64,000 nt of DNA from positions 4,240-68,239 of the forward strand of contig JAYWED010000031.1 in assembly GCA_043779525.1 (NCBI GenBank), written 5' to 3'. The position numbers and the translations under genes are program-made. Positions 37,649-49,070 of the stretch are shown one piece after another. The notes beneath the pieces were generated by a model that was not told where the DNA came from, made no database searches, and saw only the letters and a list, made by a program, of their open reading frames with translations. Position 1 is the stretch's first letter. Every line of letters starts with the position of its first letter. The stretch comes from Candidatus Eiseniibacteriota bacterium. GTDB lineage: Bacteria; Eisenbacteria; RBG-16-71-46; SZUA-252.

Positions 37649-39024
37649 GCGGCCTCCTGGACGGGCGCCTTCGCGGCGTGGCGCGCCCAGTCGGCCAGCG
37701 TCTCCACGTAACGGTCCATCTCCTCGCGCGTGCGCTTCTCGGTCACGGCCACGAGCAGGTCGCGCGCGCGCGCGGGGTCGAAGCGCTCGAGTGGAACGCC
37801 GGCGAGGATGCGCCGTTTCTCCGCGGCGCGCAGGAACCCGGCCGCGGGGCCCGGAAGCCGGAGCACGAACTCCCGGAAAAAGGGCGCGTCCCCGTTCGCG
37901 AGCGTGACGCCCGGCACCTGTGTGGCGCGCTTCGCGAGATAGTGGGTCTTCTCCATGGACTGGGTCGCGACGTCACGAAGCCCCTGCGCGCCCAGGAGCG
38001 CCATGTGGATCGCGTTGGCCAGGGCCATCAGGCCCTGGTTGGTGCAGATGTTCGAGGTCGCCCGCTCGCGACGGATGTGCTGCTCGCGCGTCTGCAGCGT
38101 GAGCACGTAGCCGCGGCGCCCTTCCAGATCCACGGTCGCGCCCGCGAGCCGGCCCGGCAGGCGGCGCACGTCGGACTTCCGAATCGCGAAGAAGCCCACG
38201 AGCGGCCCGCCGTATCCCATGGGCACTCCGAGCGGCTGGCCCTCGCCCACCACGATGTCCGCTCCATCCTGGCCCGGCGGCTTCAGCAGCGCGAGCGCGA
38301 CCGGATCGGCCGAGGCGATGGAATAGGCGCCCGCCGCGTGAACGGCTTTCGTGACGCCCGCGCCGTCCTCGACGATCCCCTCGAAGTTGGGTTGCGCCCA
38401 CAGGAACGCTGCCACCTCAGGGGTCAGCGCCTTCGCCAGCGCCGCGACCTGAGTCGCGCCGCGCTCCAGCGGAACCTCGCGCACCTCGAAGGAGCCCGCC
38501 GCGGCATAGGTCCGGACCACCTCGCGGTAGTGCGGATGAACGCCGCGCGAGAGGAGAAGGACCCGCCGGCCGGTGGCGCCCATGGCGAGATGCGCCGCCT
38601 CGGCGCAGGCGGTCGCGCCGTCGTACATCGAGGCGTTCGCGACCTCCATGCCGGTCAGCTCGCAGATCATCGATTGGTACTCGAAGATCGTCTGCAGGGT
38701 GCCCTGGGAGACCTCGGGCTGGTAGGGCGTGTAGGCGGTGGCGAATTCGGAGCGGGAGATCAAGGACCGCAGCGCCGCGGGAATGAAGTGGTCGTAGATG
38801 CCGGCGCCCAGGAAACAGGCGTAGTGCAGCGCGTCGGCGTTGGATTCCGCCCACTGGGCGAAGCGCCGGGCGATCTCGTATTCCGCGAGCGGCGGATCGA
38901 CCGGGAGCGGACCCAGGACGCGGAACTCAGGCGGGATCGCCTCCCAGAGCGCCTCGACGCTCGGAGCGCCGATCTTCTCCAGCATGGCGCGGCGCTCCGC
39001 TTCGCTTCGCCCCACAAAACTCAC
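37636..39024 (-). CDS. gcvPA: Glycine dehydrogenase (decarboxylating) subunit 1; GTG start overlapping gcvH stop (GTGA)
   Basis: VSFVGRSEAERRAMLEKIG...YTPYQPEVSQGTLQTIFEYQSMICELTGMEVANASMYDGATA...; upstream 156 codons of the track ORF are junk. Confidence 0.9.
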   Translation of the reverse strand: MSFVGRSEAERRAMLEKIGAPSVEALWEAIPPEFRVLGPLPVDPPLAEYEIARRFAQWAESNADALHYACFLGAGIYDHFIPAALRSLISRSEFATAYTPYQPEVSQGTLQTIFEYQSMICELTGMEVANASMYDGATACAEAAHLAMGATGRRVLLLSRGVHPHYREVVRTYAAAGSFEVREVPLERGATQVAALAKALTPEVAAFLWAQPNFEGIVEDGAGVTKAVHAAGAYSIASADPVALALLKPPGQDGADIVVGEGQPLGVPMGYGGPLVGFFAIRKSDVRRLPGRLAGATVDLEGRRGYVLTLQTREQHIRRERATSNICTNQGLMALANAIHMALLGAQGLRDVATQSMEKTHYLAKRATQVPGVTLANGDAPFFREFVLRLPGPAAGFLRAAEKRRILAGVPLERFDPARARDLLVAVTEKRTREEMDRYVETLADWARHAAKAPVQEAAWRS

Positions 39025-39407
39025 GCGTGGGCCCCCAGCGCCTTCTCGTAGGCCTCCGCGCTCAGGAGCGCGTCCATCTCGGAGGGGTTCGCGATCTTGA
39101 TCCGGATCATCCAGCCCTTCTCGTACGGAGACTGGTTGATGAGCGAGGGATCTTCCTTCAGGGCCGTGTTGACCGCGGACACCTCTCCCGAAACAGGCGC
39201 GAAGAGATCGCTCACGGTCTTCACCGCGTCGATCGTGCCGAAGCTCTTCGTCCGCGCGAGGGTCGCGCCCACCGCCGGCAGCTCCACGAAGACGACGTCT
39301 CCCAGCTCGCCCTGCGCGAAATCGGTGATGCCGACCTCCGCTTCCTGGCCGCGCACGCGCACCCATTCGTGCTCTTTCGTGTACTTGAGATCCCTCGGGA
39401 CCTTCAT
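39021..39407 (-). CDS. gcvH: Glycine cleavage system H protein (lipoyl carrier)
   Basis: YTKEHEWVRV...GITDFAQGELGDVVFVELP...SFGTIDAVKTVSDLFAPVSGEV (lipoyl-Lys in DAVKTVSD). Confidence 0.95.
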   Translation of the reverse strand: MKVPRDLKYTKEHEWVRVRGQEAEVGITDFAQGELGDVVFVELPAVGATLARTKSFGTIDAVKTVSDLFAPVSGEVSAVNTALKEDPSLINQSPYEKGWMIRIKIANPSEMDALLSAEAYEKALGAHA

Positions 39408-40537
39408 GTCGCTCTCCTGGGTTTGGGGGCGCGCACGCTTCCTTGTCGGTACATCGGCCGCGCGGTGACCGACGCCGGCGACTCGGTTCCACGGGTGCGC
39501 ACGTCCACCTTCGATCCGGCCCGCGCGTGGTCGCGCTCCGCGTAGGCCATCGCGACCGGTTTTCCGATGCTGATGCCCATGGATCCGCTCGTGACGGTGC
39601 CGACCGGTGCCCCCTGGCTCAGCACCTCCGAGCCGTGGCGCGCGATCCGCTCGCCCTCGAGGACCAGGCCCACCAGTCTGCGTGGATAGCCTTCACGTTC
39701 CGCAGCCAGGAGCGCGTCCCTTCCGATGAAGGAAGCTTTCTCGAGCCGGACGGTCCAGCCGAGGCCGGCTTCCAGAGGATGCTTCGTCTCGTCGATGTCA
39801 TTCCCGTAGAGGCAGTAGCCCATCTCGAGGCGCAACGTGTCGCGCGCTCCCAGGCCGATGGGCCGGATGAGGGCCGGGCGGCCCGCCTCGAATACGCGGT
39901 CCCAGGTTTCGAGCGCGCGGGAGGCCTTGACGTAGATCTCGAAGCCGTCCTCTCCCGTGTAGCCGGTCCGCGAGACGAGCGTGCGGTCCTCCCCTTCTCC
40001 TTCCTCGAAGAAGGTGTAGAACTCCAGGCTCTTCACGCGCTCGCCGTAGATCCGCGCCACGACTTCCTCGGCCCTGGGCCCCTGAACCGCGAGCTGCGCC
40101 GTCTCCTCGTTTTCGTCCACGACACGCACGTCGCGAGGCGCGTGCTCGCGCACCCACGCCAGGTCTTTCTCGAAGTTCGCGGCGTTCACGACGAGGAGCC
40201 GGTCTGAGCCCGCGGCGTAGACCAGAAGGTCGTCCACGATCCCGCCTGTTTCGAGGCACATCGGCGTGTACACGGCCTTGCCGTCCGGAATGGAATCGAC
40301 CTGGTTCGTCACGAGGTGATTCGCGTACGCGCGGGCCCCGGAGCCGGTGAGACGGATTTCCCCCATGTGGGAGACGTCGAAGACACCGACGCCGCCGCGC
40401 ACGGCCCGGTGCTCGGCCACGATGCCCTCGTACTGGATCGGCATCTCGTACCCGGCGAATGGAACCATCTTGGCGCCGAGGGCCACGTGGCGGGCGTAGA
40501 ACGGCGTTCGTTTCAGCGTGGAAGTGGTGTCGAGCAT
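39404..40537 (-). CDS. gcvT: Aminomethyltransferase (glycine cleavage T protein)
   Basis: KRTPFYARHVALGAKMVPFAGYEMPIQYEG...VFDVSHMGEIRLTG... full-length GcvT. Confidence 0.95.
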   Translation of the reverse strand: MLDTTSTLKRTPFYARHVALGAKMVPFAGYEMPIQYEGIVAEHRAVRGGVGVFDVSHMGEIRLTGSGARAYANHLVTNQVDSIPDGKAVYTPMCLETGGIVDDLLVYAAGSDRLLVVNAANFEKDLAWVREHAPRDVRVVDENEETAQLAVQGPRAEEVVARIYGERVKSLEFYTFFEEGEGEDRTLVSRTGYTGEDGFEIYVKASRALETWDRVFEAGRPALIRPIGLGARDTLRLEMGYCLYGNDIDETKHPLEAGLGWTVRLEKASFIGRDALLAAEREGYPRRLVGLVLEGERIARHGSEVLSQGAPVGTVTSGSMGISIGKPVAMAYAERDHARAGSKVDVRTRGTESPASVTARPMYRQGSVRAPKPRRAT

Positions 40538-40603
40538 CCTCAATTCTTGCCTGAGGTTAAGGTGGATCGAGAAGATCTGACGGTATCACATCCGCGCCGG
40601 GAT

Positions 40604-43446
40604 TCAAACCACCGCCTCCCGCGCCCGGCCGCCGCGATGCTTCGCCGGCTTGACCGCCCGAAGCGCCTCGCCCGTGTGGGAGCCTTGGACCCCGGCGACT
40701 CGCTCCGGAGGACCCTCGGCCACGACCCTTCCACCTGCGTCCCCGCCCTCCGGGCCCAGGTCCACGATCCAGTCGGCGGAATGGATCACGTCGACGTTGT
40801 GCTCGATCACGAGCACCGTGTTCCCCCTGTCCACCAGCCGGTTCAGCACGTCGAGGAGCGCTCGCACGTCCTCGAAGTGGAGCCCGGTCGTGGGCTCGTC
40901 CAGAAGATAGAGGGTGCGCCCGGTCTCCACCCTCGACAGCTCGGTGGCGAGCTTGACCCGCTGCGCCTCGCCGCCGGACAGGGTCGTCGCCGGCTGCCCC
41001 AGGTGGATGTAGCCCAGGCCCACGCTGCTCAGGGTCTCGAGCTTCCGCTTCACGGACGGGATCGCGGTCAGGAACTCCAGCGCCTCGTCCACCGTCATCT
41101 CGAGAACGTCGGCGATCGATTTCCCCTTGAACGTGACCTCCAGCGTCTCGCGGTTGTACCGCTTGCCGCGGCAGATGTCGCACGTCACGTACACGTCGGG
41201 CAGGAAGTGCATCTCGATCTTGACCAGGCCGTCCCCCGCGCAGGCCTCGCAGCGGCCGCCCTTCACGTTGAAACTGAACCGCCCCGGCTTGTATCCGCGC
41301 ACCTTCGCCTCGGGAAGCGTGGCGAAAAGATCGCGGATGAATCCGAAGACGCCCGTGTACGTGGCGGGATTGCTCCGCGGCGTGCGTCCGATCGGCGACT
41401 GATCGATGGCCACGACCTTGTCGATGTGCTTCAGCCCTTCGATCCGGTCGTGGGCGCCGGGGCTCGATTTCGCCTGATGGAAGTGCCGCGCGAGCGCGCG
41501 GTAGAGGATGTCCTGCACGAGGGTGCTCTTTCCCGAGCCGGACACGCCGGTGACGCAGACCAGGGTCCCGAGCGGGAACCGCACGCGCACATTCTTGAGA
41601 TTGTTCTCGCGCGCCCCGACGATCGCGAGGAAGTCCCCGTTGCCCGGACGCCGGGTCTCCGGAATCTCCACCTCGCGCGCTCCCGAGAGATATTGCCCGG
41701 TCAGAGACTCGGGCGTATCCCGGATATCCGCGAGGGTCCCCTGCGCCACCAGGTGCCCGCCGTGCCGTCCCGCGCCGGGGCCCAGGTCCACGATATGGTC
41801 CGCGGCCTCCATGGTCTCCCGGTCGTGCTCGACCACCAGCACCGAATTCCCGAGATCGCGCAGCGCCAGGAGCGTGCGCAGGAGCTTCCGGTTGTCGCGC
41901 GGGTGGAGCCCCACGCTCGGCTCGTCCAGGATGTAGAGCACTCCGGTGAGCCGGGACCCGATCTGCGTGGCGAGCCTGATCCGCTGCGCTTCGCCGCCCG
42001 CCAGGGTCGAGGCGGTCCGGTCGAGCGTGAGGTAGCCGACGCCCACGTCTTCCAGGAACTGGAACCGCTGCCGCAGCTCCTTCACGATGGGCGCGGCGAT
42101 GATGCTATCGCGCGGGCCCAGCGTGAGGCCGCTCACGAACGCGAGCCCCCGGGTGACCGACATGGCGGCCCAATCGGCGATCGACCGCTCCGCGACCCGG
42201 ACCGCCAGGGACTCGGGCCTCAAGCGCGCGCCGCCGCACGAGGGACATGGCTTCTTGCTCATGCTCTGCTCGATGTGGGAGCGAACCTGGTCGGAGGTGG
42301 TCTCGCGGTAGCGGCGCATCAGCTCCGGGATGACGCCCCGGAACCTTCCCTTGTGGGACCAGACGTTTCCGCTCTTCATCTTGAACTTGTATTCGATCTT
42401 CTCGTCGCCCAGCCCGTGTAGAAGCGCTTTCTGCGCGGCCGCGGGGAGCTTCCCGAAGGGCGTGTCCATGGAGATCTTCATCCGCTTCGCGAACGCCTGG
42501 ATCGTTCCCTTGATCCACGTTCCTTCCGCATCCCCCCACACCACGACGGCTCCTTCCCGCAGCGATTTCGACCGGTCCGGCACGACCAGCTCGGCGTCGA
42601 TCTCGAACGCCGTGCCCAGCCCGTCGCACGTCTTGCACGCGCCGTAGGGGCTGTTGAAGCTGAACGAGCGAGGCTCCGGGGGCTCGTAGGAAGCGCCGCA
42701 GACCGGGCATGCCGCCGCGGTGGAGAGGACCGTCTCCGCACCCTTCGAGGAGAGGATCGCGACGAGGCCCGAGGCGATCTTGGTCGCGGTCTCGATCGAT
42801 TCGTGGAGACGGCTCTTTCGCGCGGGCTCGGCCTGGAGGCGGTCCACCAGGATCTCGATCGTGTGCTTCTTTTTCTTGTCGAGCGGGATCTCCTCCTCCA
42901 GCTCGTGCCAGGCGCCATCCACGCGGGCGCGCACGAAGCCCAGCTTCTGGAATTGCGCGAGCTCCTTCCGGTATTCCCCTTTCCTGCCGCGAACCACCGG
43001 GGCGAGCACCTGGATGCGGTCTCCGGCGTGCGCCTCCAGAAGCTGGTCCACCATCTCCTGCACGGTCTGTCCCCGGATCGGGCGATCGCACGTGAGGCAG
43101 TGCTGCACCCCGATGCGGGCGAACAGGAGGCGCAGGTAGTCGTAGATCTCGGTGACCGTCGCGACCGTGGAGCGCGGATTCGCTCCGGCGACGCGCTGCT
43201 CGATGGAGATCGCGGGCGAGAGCCCCTCGATCTGATCCACGTCGGGCTTCTCCATCTGTCCCAGGAACTGCCGGGCGTAGGCCGAGAGCGATTCCACGTA
43301 GCGGCGCTGCCCCTCCGCGTAGAGCGTGTCGAACGCGAGGGAGGACTTGCCGGACCCGGACACTCCCGTCAGAACGACCAGCGCGTTCCGCGGAATGTCG
43401 AGGCTCAGGTTCTTCAAGTTGTGCTCGCGGGCCCCGCGAATCTTGA

Positions 43447-43456
<10 letters not shown>
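40604..43456 (-). CDS. uvrA: Excinuclease ABC subunit A
   Basis: Start at [65 protein letters not shown]; two ABC modules with zinc-finger CxxC motifs. Confidence 0.95.
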
Positions 43457-44208
<752 letters not shown>

Positions 44209-44254
44209 CGGCGAAGGGCTCACGCGCGCGCCGCCTTTCCCGGCCCGGGTGCCT

Positions 44255-44908
44255 TCACGAGGGCGGCAACCGGGCTTCCTGCCAGCGGCTCAGGAGCGAG
44301 AGGGTGAGACAGATCGCGAAATAGATCGCGCCGATCGTCAGGAAAACCTCGAACGGCGAGAAGATCCGCGAGTTGACCTGCCTTCCGACCAGCATCAGCT
44401 CCTCGTAGGAGACGAGCGAGGCGAGCGAGCTGTCCTTCACCAGCGAGACGAATTGCCCGGTCAGGGGCGGAAGCGAGCGCCGGACCGCCTGGGGTGCTAT
44501 GACGTGCCGCATGCTCTGGAGCCAGCTCATGCCCAGGGAGCGGGAAGCCTCCATCTGCCCCCGGTCCACCGATTGGATGCCGGCACGGACGATTTCGGCT
44601 ATGTAGGCCCCTTCGAACACCGAGAGCCCGATCACGGAGGCCCAGAAGGGGCTCACGGGAAGGAAGGCCCCCGCGCCGAAGTAGATCAAGTACAGCACGA
44701 GCATGAGCGGGATGTTCCGGAGCAGCTCCACGTAGGCCGCGGCCAGGAACTTGAGCGGCCGGAGCGGCTGGACCCGCATCATGCCCGCCACCGCCCCGAG
44801 CGCGGTTCCGAACACGATCGAGACGACGGACACCTCGAGGGTGCGCAGCGTGGCCGCGCGGATCAGGGGGAAATACTGGGGGATCTGCTCCCAATGCCAG
44901 GTGTACAC
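44255..44908 (-). CDS. Polar amino-acid ABC transporter permease (HisMQ/GlnP family)
   Basis: EAA-like motif region ...EASRSLGMSWLQSMRHVIAPQAVRRSLPPL...; 5 TM. Confidence 0.85.
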   Translation of the reverse strand: MYTWHWEQIPQYFPLIRAATLRTLEVSVVSIVFGTALGAVAGMMRVQPLRPLKFLAAAYVELLRNIPLMLVLYLIYFGAGAFLPVSPFWASVIGLSVFEGAYIAEIVRAGIQSVDRGQMEASRSLGMSWLQSMRHVIAPQAVRRSLPPLTGQFVSLVKDSSLASLVSYEELMLVGRQVNSRIFSPFEVFLTIGAIYFAICLTLSLLSRWQEARLPPS

Positions 44909-44915
44909 GGAGCGC

Positions 44916-45746
44916 TCAGGAGGAGGGCTTCTTCACCCGGGCGCGCCACGGCATCTTCACGAACCACGAGTCGTAGAGCGAGTCCCAGGTGCCGCTCGCG
45001 CGGAGCTCGAAGATCGTGAGGTTCAGCCAGTCGCGGAATTCGATGTCCCCTTTTCGGACGGCGATTGCCAGGTATTCCTTCGTGAAGGGCTCGAGCATGG
45101 CAAACGTGCGGTCCGGCGACTCCTGCGCGCGGATGGCGACGTAGGGTTTGTCGTACACCATGATGTCGGCCCGGCCCGCGTCGACTTCGAGCGCGGCGTC
45201 CGATTCGGACTCCATGGTCTTGATGGTCGCGTTGTGGAAGAACTTGCGGGCGGCGATCTCGCCGGTCGTGCCGAGGCGGGTCGCGACGATCACGCCGGGC
45301 CGGTCGAAGCTCCGCACGGTGAGCCCCGGGGTCGGCTTGTACTTGACGTGGTTCACGAGGAGGGCCTGCCCCGTCTCGAAGTAAGGATCCGTGAAGTCGC
45401 ACCGCAGAGCGCGCTGGGGCGTGCGCGTCATGCCGGACAGGATCATGTCGAACTTGTCGGAATTGAGATTGGCGATGATGGGGTCCCAGTCGCTCTTCCG
45501 GAACTCCACCGTGACGCCGTTTCCCATCTGCCCCGCCACGTAGCGCGCCACGTCCACGTCGAACCCGACCATGTTGCCGTCGGTGTCGACCATCTCGAAG
45601 GGCGCGTAGCCCGGGTTCATGCCGACCCGGAGCACCTTGGCCGCGAGAATCCTGTCGATCGTGGACTGCCGCTCCGCGGTCGGCCCGGGGCCGCCGCAGC
45701 CGACGAGCTGGAGCATGAGGAGCGTGAGGGGAAGGACGAAGCGCAT
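44916..45746 (-). CDS. Amino-acid ABC transporter substrate-binding lipoprotein (PBP type 3)
   Basis: Lipobox LQLVGCGG; LRVGMNPGYAPFEMVDTDGNMVGFDVDVARYVA... typical of polar amino-acid SBPs. Confidence 0.8.
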   Translation of the reverse strand: MRFVLPLTLLMLQLVGCGGPGPTAERQSTIDRILAAKVLRVGMNPGYAPFEMVDTDGNMVGFDVDVARYVAGQMGNGVTVEFRKSDWDPIIANLNSDKFDMILSGMTRTPQRALRCDFTDPYFETGQALLVNHVKYKPTPGLTVRSFDRPGVIVATRLGTTGEIAARKFFHNATIKTMESESDAALEVDAGRADIMVYDKPYVAIRAQESPDRTFAMLEPFTKEYLAIAVRKGDIEFRDWLNLTIFELRASGTWDSLYDSWFVKMPWRARVKKPSS

Positions 45747-45819
45747 GAGTCGTCGAGCGTAGAGGCGCCGCCGCGGCGTGTCAAGGCGCGGGCGCCGCAC
45801 TTTCCGCCGGCCGCCGGCC

Positions 45820-47046
45820 CTACTCCCAGCGGAGCGAATCCACCGGGTCCAGCTGCGCCGCCTTCACGGCCGGGTAAATCCCGAAGAAGAGCCCGATCAC
45901 GGTCGAGGAGATGAACCCGAGCGCCATCCCCCACACGGGGACCGCGAAGCTGAATTTGGCCAGGACGTGGATCAGGTATCCCGTCCCGATCCCCGCCAGG
46001 ATGCCCAGGATCCCGCCGGTCCCGGTGAGCGTCATCGCCTCGACCAGGAACTGCCAGAGGATGTCGCGCCGCCGCGCCCCGAGCGCCTTCCGCACGCCGA
46101 TCTCCCGGGTCCGCTCGGTCACCGAGACCAGCATGATGTTCATGACGCCGATCCCCCCCACCATGAGACCGATCGAGGAGATCAGCATCATGACCAGGTA
46201 GAAGGCGCCCGTCACCTGCTTGTAGATGTCGACGAGCGACTGGTCCGTGAACACCGCGAAGTTGTCCGCCTGCCGGTACCCCACCTTGCGCTGCCGCCGC
46301 AGCGTCTCGGTCATCTGGTCGATGGCGGTGTCGATCAGCTCGGGCGATTCCGGCTTCGCGTTCAGGACCATGCGAAGATTGGGGCCCAGGGTCTTCTCCA
46401 GGGTGCTGTACGGGACGATCACGATGTCGTCGAGGCTCATGCCGATGAACTTGCCGCGCTCCTCCACCTGGCCGATCACGGTGTAGGGATAGCCCCCGAC
46501 GTAGATCGTCTTTCCCATGGCATTGGCGTGCGGGAACAGAGTCTCGATCTGGTCCTTGCCGAGCACGCATACCGTCGATCGGTGCTCCACCTCAGTCTCG
46601 GTGAAGAAGCGCCCGTTCGCGATGGCCCACGTGTTCGTGACCAGGAAGTCGGGCGTGGTGCCGATGACCTGCGTGATCCGGCTCTCGGAATCCCGGTAGC
46701 GGAGCCGCGCCTCGACGAAGTTGAGCGGCGCCACCGCCTTCACCGCCGGGCAGGTGCGGCGGATCGCCTCCGCGTCCTCCACCGTGAACCACTTTCGCCG
46801 CCTCAGGCTGTCGGGGAATCCGCCCACGAAGGCCCCCGGCCGGAACGGGCGGATGTAGAGCACGTCGGAGCCGATGGCCGCGATCTGGGCCTTCATGCTC
46901 TGGTTCAGCCCCTCGATGAGGGAGACGATGGCCATGATGCTCGTGATGCCGATGATGACCCCGAGCACGGTGAGGAAGGAGCGAAGCTTGTTGGTCCGGA
47001 TCGCGCCGAACGCGATCGAGATCCCTTCGCGAACGTCGACGGCCAC
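45820..47046 (-). CDS. ABC transporter permease, FtsX/MacB-like (permease 2)
   Basis: N-terminal TM, large periplasmic domain, C-terminal 3-TM FtsX domain (...[22 protein letters not shown]...). Confidence 0.85.
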   Translation of the reverse strand: MAVDVREGISIAFGAIRTNKLRSFLTVLGVIIGITSIMAIVSLIEGLNQSMKAQIAAIGSDVLYIRPFRPGAFVGGFPDSLRRRKWFTVEDAEAIRRTCPAVKAVAPLNFVEARLRYRDSESRITQVIGTTPDFLVTNTWAIANGRFFTETEVEHRSTVCVLGKDQIETLFPHANAMGKTIYVGGYPYTVIGQVEERGKFIGMSLDDIVIVPYSTLEKTLGPNLRMVLNAKPESPELIDTAIDQMTETLRRQRKVGYRQADNFAVFTDQSLVDIYKQVTGAFYLVMMLISSIGLMVGGIGVMNIMLVSVTERTREIGVRKALGARRRDILWQFLVEAMTLTGTGGILGILAGIGTGYLIHVLAKFSFAVPVWGMALGFISSTVIGLFFGIYPAVKAAQLDPVDSLRWE

Positions 47047-47049
47047 GCG

Positions 47050-48303
47050 CTACTCCTGCCGGAGCGCCACGATCGGGTCGAGCTTCGCGGCCCGGGTCGC
47101 GGGATAGACGCCGAAGAAGAGACCGATGGAGGAGGCGACGATGAGGCTGATCGCGACCGACCAGGGCTGGATGGAGGCCGGGAGCGGCGTGAACAGGCGG
47201 ACCAGGAGCGCCAGCGCCACGCCGACCAGGACGCCCAGAAGGCCGCCGAAGAGGGAGAGCACCACCGTCTCGCTCAGGAACTGCGAGAGAAGGTCGCTCC
47301 TCCGGGCGCCCAGCGCCTTGCGGATTCCGATCTCGCGGGTCCGCTCGGTCACCGCCACCAGCATGATGTTCATGATCACGATGCCCCCCACGAGGAGCGA
47401 GATCGCGACCAGCCCGATCGTGCCGGCGTAGATTCCCTTCGTCAGGCTCTCGTAGAGCGACATGTAGGTCTCGGACGTGGTGATCGCGAAGTCGTCCGTC
47501 TTCCCGATCGGGACGTGCCGGCGGGCGCGCAGGATGACGCGCGCCTCGTCCTGGACGCGCTCCAGGCTCGCCCCGGGACGGGCGCGCTCCAGGATCACGA
47601 TCGAGTCGTGCGGGCCGAAGATCTTCTGGTACTGGCCGAAGGGAAGGAGCACGAAGTTGTCCTGGCTCTGTCCGAGCACATTCCCACGCGCCGCCACCGT
47701 GCCCACGACCTTGAGCGCGTATCCCGCCACCCGGATCTCCTGGCCCACGGGGTCCACCACCGGGAAGAGCTGCTGGGCCAGCTCGGATCCGATCAGGCAC
47801 ACCGCGCGGCGTTTCGCGATCTCGTCGTCTTCGAGCGCCCGGCCCTGATCGACGTCGTAGGTCCCGACCGTCTCGTATCCCTCCGTGGTGCCGAGGATGC
47901 GCACGTTCTGGAGCTCGACCTTCCCGGCGCGCACCCGCTTGTTCGTCTCGAGCTGCCCCACCACCTCGCCCGCGAGTCGCGATCTGTCCTTCAAGGCGTC
48001 GGCGTCGAGAAGGGTCAGATCCCGCCGCTTCATCGCGTCGCGCCAGGCGTCCTCGTTCGTGATGAGCCCGAACTTGTCGATGTAGATGACCTTGAGGCCC
48101 TGCTCGAGCACCTTCTCGCTCACGTACGTGTTCATGCCGTCGATCACGGCGACCACCGCGATCACCGACATCACCGCGACCACGTTGCCGACGACGGTCA
48201 GGACCGAGCGGAGCTTGTTCGCGCGGAGCGCCTCGAGGGCGATCCTGAGATTCTCGCCCTGGGCGGCCCAGAACTCCCGCGGGGGCCGCGGGGCCCTAGT
48301 CAT
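47050..48303 (-). CDS. ABC transporter permease, FtsX/MacB-like (permease 1)
   Basis: Same architecture as 45820..47046 (...[22 protein letters not shown]...). Confidence 0.85.
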   Translation of the reverse strand: MTRAPRPPREFWAAQGENLRIALEALRANKLRSVLTVVGNVVAVMSVIAVVAVIDGMNTYVSEKVLEQGLKVIYIDKFGLITNEDAWRDAMKRRDLTLLDADALKDRSRLAGEVVGQLETNKRVRAGKVELQNVRILGTTEGYETVGTYDVDQGRALEDDEIAKRRAVCLIGSELAQQLFPVVDPVGQEIRVAGYALKVVGTVAARGNVLGQSQDNFVLLPFGQYQKIFGPHDSIVILERARPGASLERVQDEARVILRARRHVPIGKTDDFAITTSETYMSLYESLTKGIYAGTIGLVAISLLVGGIVIMNIMLVAVTERTREIGIRKALGARRSDLLSQFLSETVVLSLFGGLLGVLVGVALALLVRLFTPLPASIQPWSVAISLIVASSIGLFFGVYPATRAAKLDPIVALRQE

Positions 48304-49070
48304 GGCGCGGGCGTCGGGGTCGCGGCGCGGCTTGAGGGCGGGGTCGCGGGATTCCGGGCGGCGCGCGTGGTGGCCTGATCGCTCTCGATCTTGCCGTCGC
48401 GGAGCCTCACGATGCGCTCGGCGTTCGCCGCGATGTCTTCCTCGTGCGTGACCAGGATCACGGTGTTCCCTCCACGGTGGACTTCGTCCAGGAGGGTCAT
48501 GATCTCGATACCGGTCTTCGAATCCAGATTGCCGGTCGGCTCGTCCGCGAGGACGATCGAGGGCTCGTTCACGAGGGCCCGCGCGATGGCGACGCGCTGA
48601 CGCTGGCCGCCCGAGAGCTCGTTCGGCCGGTGGTGGGTGCGGTCGCCCAGGCCGACCAGATTGAGCATCGCCCGGGCGCGCTCGCGACGGTAGGGCTTGG
48701 GGCGGCCCGCATAGATCATCGGCAGCTCCACGTTGTGGAGCGCGTCCGCGCGCGCGAGAAGGTTGAACGTCTGGAAGATGAACCCGACCTCCTGATTGCG
48801 GATGCGGGCCAGTTCGTCGTCCTCGCGATCCCGGATCTCGGTCCCGCGCAGCTTGTAGGAACCGCTGCTCGGGGTGTCCAGGCAGCCCACGATGTTCATG
48901 AGCGTGGACTTCCCCGAGCCCGAGGGGCCCATGATCGCGACGTACTCGCCGCGCTGGATGCGAAGCGAGACGCCGTCCAGCGCGTTCACCAGGGCGACGC
49001 CCATCTGATACACCTTGCGGATATCGACGAGCTCGATGAGCGTGCCGTCCGCCGATTGATCCTGGCTCAC
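48300..49070 (-). CDS. ABC transporter ATP-binding protein (MacB/LolD-type)
   Basis: [36 protein letters not shown]. Confidence 0.9.
   Translation of the reverse strand: MSQDQSADGTLIELVDIRKVYQMGVALVNALDGVSLRIQRGEYVAIMGPSGSGKSTLMNIVGCLDTPSSGSYKLRGTEIRDREDDELARIRNQEVGFIFQTFNLLARADALHNVELPMIYAGRPKPYRRERARAMLNLVGLGDRTHHRPNELSGGQRQRVAIARALVNEPSIVLADEPTGNLDSKTGIEIMTLLDEVHRGGNTVILVTHEEDIAANAERIVRLRDGKIESDQATTRAARNPATPPSSRAATPTPAP

Noticed and set aside
40544-40603. Possible glycine riboswitch upstream of gcvT
   Set aside because: The spacer is only ~60 nt, and no tandem aptamer-like GGAGAG...ACCGAAGGGGCAA elements are visible.
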